A stretch of DNA of 64,000 bases. Source: Amphiscolops sp. MND2022. Lineage: Eukaryota. The notes under the pieces are model-generated. The model searched no databases. It was not told the origin of the DNA and saw nothing but the letters and a program-made list of their open reading frames with translations. Made by a program: the position numbers and the translations under genes. This document shows positions 61,252 through 64,000 of this stretch, in pieces; positions within the stretch are counted from its first letter, which is position 1, and the number at the start of each line of letters is the position of its first letter. The stretch lies in the NCBI GenBank assembly GCA_964187785.1, contig OZ076409.1, forward strand, positions 14,634,001 through 14,698,000, written 5' to 3'.

Positions 61252-64000
61252 AGCCACGTCATCCGACTGACTATTACAATAACAAAGTGCGCAACATGAA
61301 CAACTACTACTATACGAAGAACTACAAAAACTGGGCAACTGATCTTCGGCAGGATCAGAAACCTAAGACTACAACTACCCACGAAACAACCAATGACAAA
61401 GTGAACCGTCCCTCCGAACCAACGGACGTGAACTTACAAACGACAGAAGACAAACAGCACTCTAACTCGACTACAACGACTGACTGTACAAGGAAAACAA
61501 TGAACCGAAAGAAAGACGTGGCGATCCAGGTGTTAACAGCAACACTCCAATTAAACAAAAAGGACAAGATGTTGCACGTCCTATTGCAATTCCGAGAATA
61601 CGAGAACCACGGACTCCTCGACACAGGAGCAATAAGAAGTGCAATGTCAGAAGACGAACTCAGACGAATCCTGTCTGCACACCCAGCCGCACTTCTCGAA
61701 GAGTACCCAGCACCGGACTTCAAAGTCCAAATCGCAAACGGAAGCATCGTCCCGGTCCGGAAACAGGTACTACTTCGCTTCTTCATCGGAGGTAAAGTAT
61801 TCGAGGAAACCTTCATGATTCTTCCAACCATGGGTAACATCTTGATCGGAATGTCATTTTTCAAAAAGTATTCAGTGACACTTGACATTGCCAACAACGT
61901 AGTCAAGTTCCCGGACATTACCCTGCAACTGAAACCAGAACGAGGACGATACAAAATCCAGATGATCGAATTACGAACGACACAGAAAACAGTCATACAA
62001 CCGGACCACCAAATCATTGTCCCCGTCCTAGCAGAAAGGGACCTCGGGACAATCCAGGGCACAGTGGAAACCTTTCCTGCCTTTGAAAGGAAGACACAAT
62101 TACTGGTGTCCCCCGCCCTAACGCAAATCACTGAGAAGAAAAGCCATGTCCAGATCACCAACCTCACCTGCCATACAATTACCCTCAACCCGAACACGAC
62201 AGTGGCCACCTTCAAAATAATGACTCCCAATCAAGCAAAAAACCTACAACCAATGTCAAACGAACAATTGACACTAATAACCAAATACCCGGACGAAGCC
62301 AACAACGTACTGAACCAGCTGTTCCAGGAACCCGGCACTGAAACCAACCGCAGATGGTACCCAACCCCGGAGACATGTGACGACCCGTCCAAGCTGAACC
62401 GCATTGAAAGGCGGATATATGACGAAATCACTCAACTCCGTGAAAAGAGAAACTGGACCCAACAGCAGACGACCAACAGCGCAAGGAGTTCCTTGCTAAC
62501 TTCAAATGGGAAAACTCAATCCTGAATGAACACGAACAACAACAAATTGAGAACCTCCTTGTGAAGTACAACAATGTATTCGCCAGACACCGCCTCGACA
62601 TAGGCATCAATACTGACTTCAAAATCAAACTCACTCCGAAGCATGATGAACCAGTCTACGCGCAGAGCTTACCTACACCCACCAACCTCAAAGATGACTT
62701 GCTCGTCGAACTAGCGTTGATGCAAGAGTACGGGATCATCACGACGTTACCGTACAGCAAGTATTCCTCACCAATATTTGCTCAGCGCAAACCCAATGGG
62801 AAACTTCGCATTCTTGTAGACCTGCGCAGAATCAACCACCTCTTGAAAAATGATTACAACCAACATAATCATTTAGTCACCACCATCGCCGACGCCGCCC
62901 AGCACATGGCAGGGAAGAAGTACTTCTGCAAGCTGGACTGCTCGCAGGCGTACCACTGTTTGCAGATGGCGGATGAACAATCCATACAACTCTTGGCATT
63001 TAATTTTGGAAGTCGAACCTTTGCTTATCTACGACTGGCACAAGGACTCAACCGATCCCTATCAGCATTCAACAGCACGGTGCGAGAATACGTTGATGCA
63101 CTGGTGAAAGCGGATAAATGTGCCCAATATGTCGACGACATTGGGATTGCTGCCCACACTGTAGATGAGCTACTGTCAAACATTGAAGCTGTGTTCCAAC
63201 AAATCCAAAAAGCAGGACTGAAATTGTCGATGTCAAAATGTGCGTTTGGCCACCCACAGATCAATTTCCTCGGGAGAAACATCACATCAAAGGGTGTCGC
63301 CCCACTTGAAGACAAGATCGACGACTTCCTCAAGAAGATCAAATTGCCCACAACAATCAAATCCCTCCAAAGGTACATCGGGTTTGTCCAGTTCTACAGG
63401 CAGTACATACCACGCCTAGCAGAACAACTCACCCCACTGTACAAACTACTCCAAAAAGACGCCAAATTCCAGTTGACCCAGCAGCACAAGGACTTCATCT
63501 TCGAGATCAACGAAAATCTTGCCAAAGCTGCGAAACTTTCGCTGCGTCTGCCGTTACCCGATAAACAGCTTGTTATAATGTGCGACGCCAGCGAGCATGC
63601 GGCAGGATATGTCCTCCTGATAGAGGACTATACCGAAACAAACGATGGACCACTGAAGACGTACGCCCCAGTATCATTTGGATCCCAACGATTCACGGAG
63701 GGCCAAATGTCCCTAACAATGTACGCAAAGGAATTCCTGGCGATGCATTTCGCATTCGACGAATTCGCACACATACTCTGGGGTGTCAAGAAACCAACAA
63801 TAGTAATGACGGACAATAAAGCACTGACCCGATTTTTTCAGTCTAAACGAATTCCCCCGAAGCTATGGAATTACTGCGATCAGACGCTCCAATTCGAATT
63901 CGTACTTGCCCACGTTCCGGGAACTGAGAACCCTGCTGCAGACTACCTGTCTCGTCTTGACATACGACCAGAAGAAAGAATACACCTCAAACTCAACGAC
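61239..64000 (+). pseudogene. pol: pol (PR-RT-RNaseH, partial) with a 1-bp frameshift near 62445
   Basis: A_AAA_AAC slippery site at 61239-61245 into the -1 frame; LLDTGA; after the shift LDCSQAY, RLAQGL, YVDD (63128-63139), CDAS, TDN, ADYLSR. The RT frame is missing from the ORF track because it runs off the end. Confidence 0.92.

Larger units (their letters stand above)
58914..64000 (+). mobile_element. Ty3/Gypsy LTR retrotransposon, 5' part (runs off the window), disabled copy
   Basis: Putative LTR TGTC...GACA, PBS, gag with two CCHC knuckles, PR, RT and RNase H; start inferred because the second LTR is outside the window. Confidence 0.9.

Noticed and set aside
61355..62230. 291-aa antisense ORF
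   Set aside because: Shadow of the A/C-rich pol strand; no motifs

Overview
AT-rich, repeat-dense eukaryotic (probably invertebrate animal) DNA; I can support no host protein-coding gene, rRNA, tRNA or CRISPR array. Three Ty3/Gypsy LTR elements dominate. (1) A compact minus-strand Mag-like element, 23231-29161: 205-bp LTRs, GGGAC target duplication, one 1831-aa gag-pol ORF with a WLDD RT motif. (2) A young, apparently intact 12.7-kb envelope-bearing endogenous retrovirus-like element, 35048-47710, minus strand: near-identical 1955-bp LTRs, GACCC target duplication, tRNA-Asn-type PBS, gag/-1 frameshift/pol, and a 745-aa class I F-type env with a paramyxovirus-like fusion peptide. (3) A plus-strand element from about 58914 to the window end, whose gag ORF seems to start inside the LTR and read through the PBS; it carries two nonsense stops and a frameshift. 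A probable solo LTR with the same architecture lies at 20297-21087. The remainder holds about 17 copies or fragments of a DINE-1/HINE-like non-autonomous Helentron family, several MITEs, a Tc1 transposase relic, degenerate tandem repeats and a few unassigned decayed ORFs. All comparisons were made by eye and family assignments rest on recalled motifs, not database searches.
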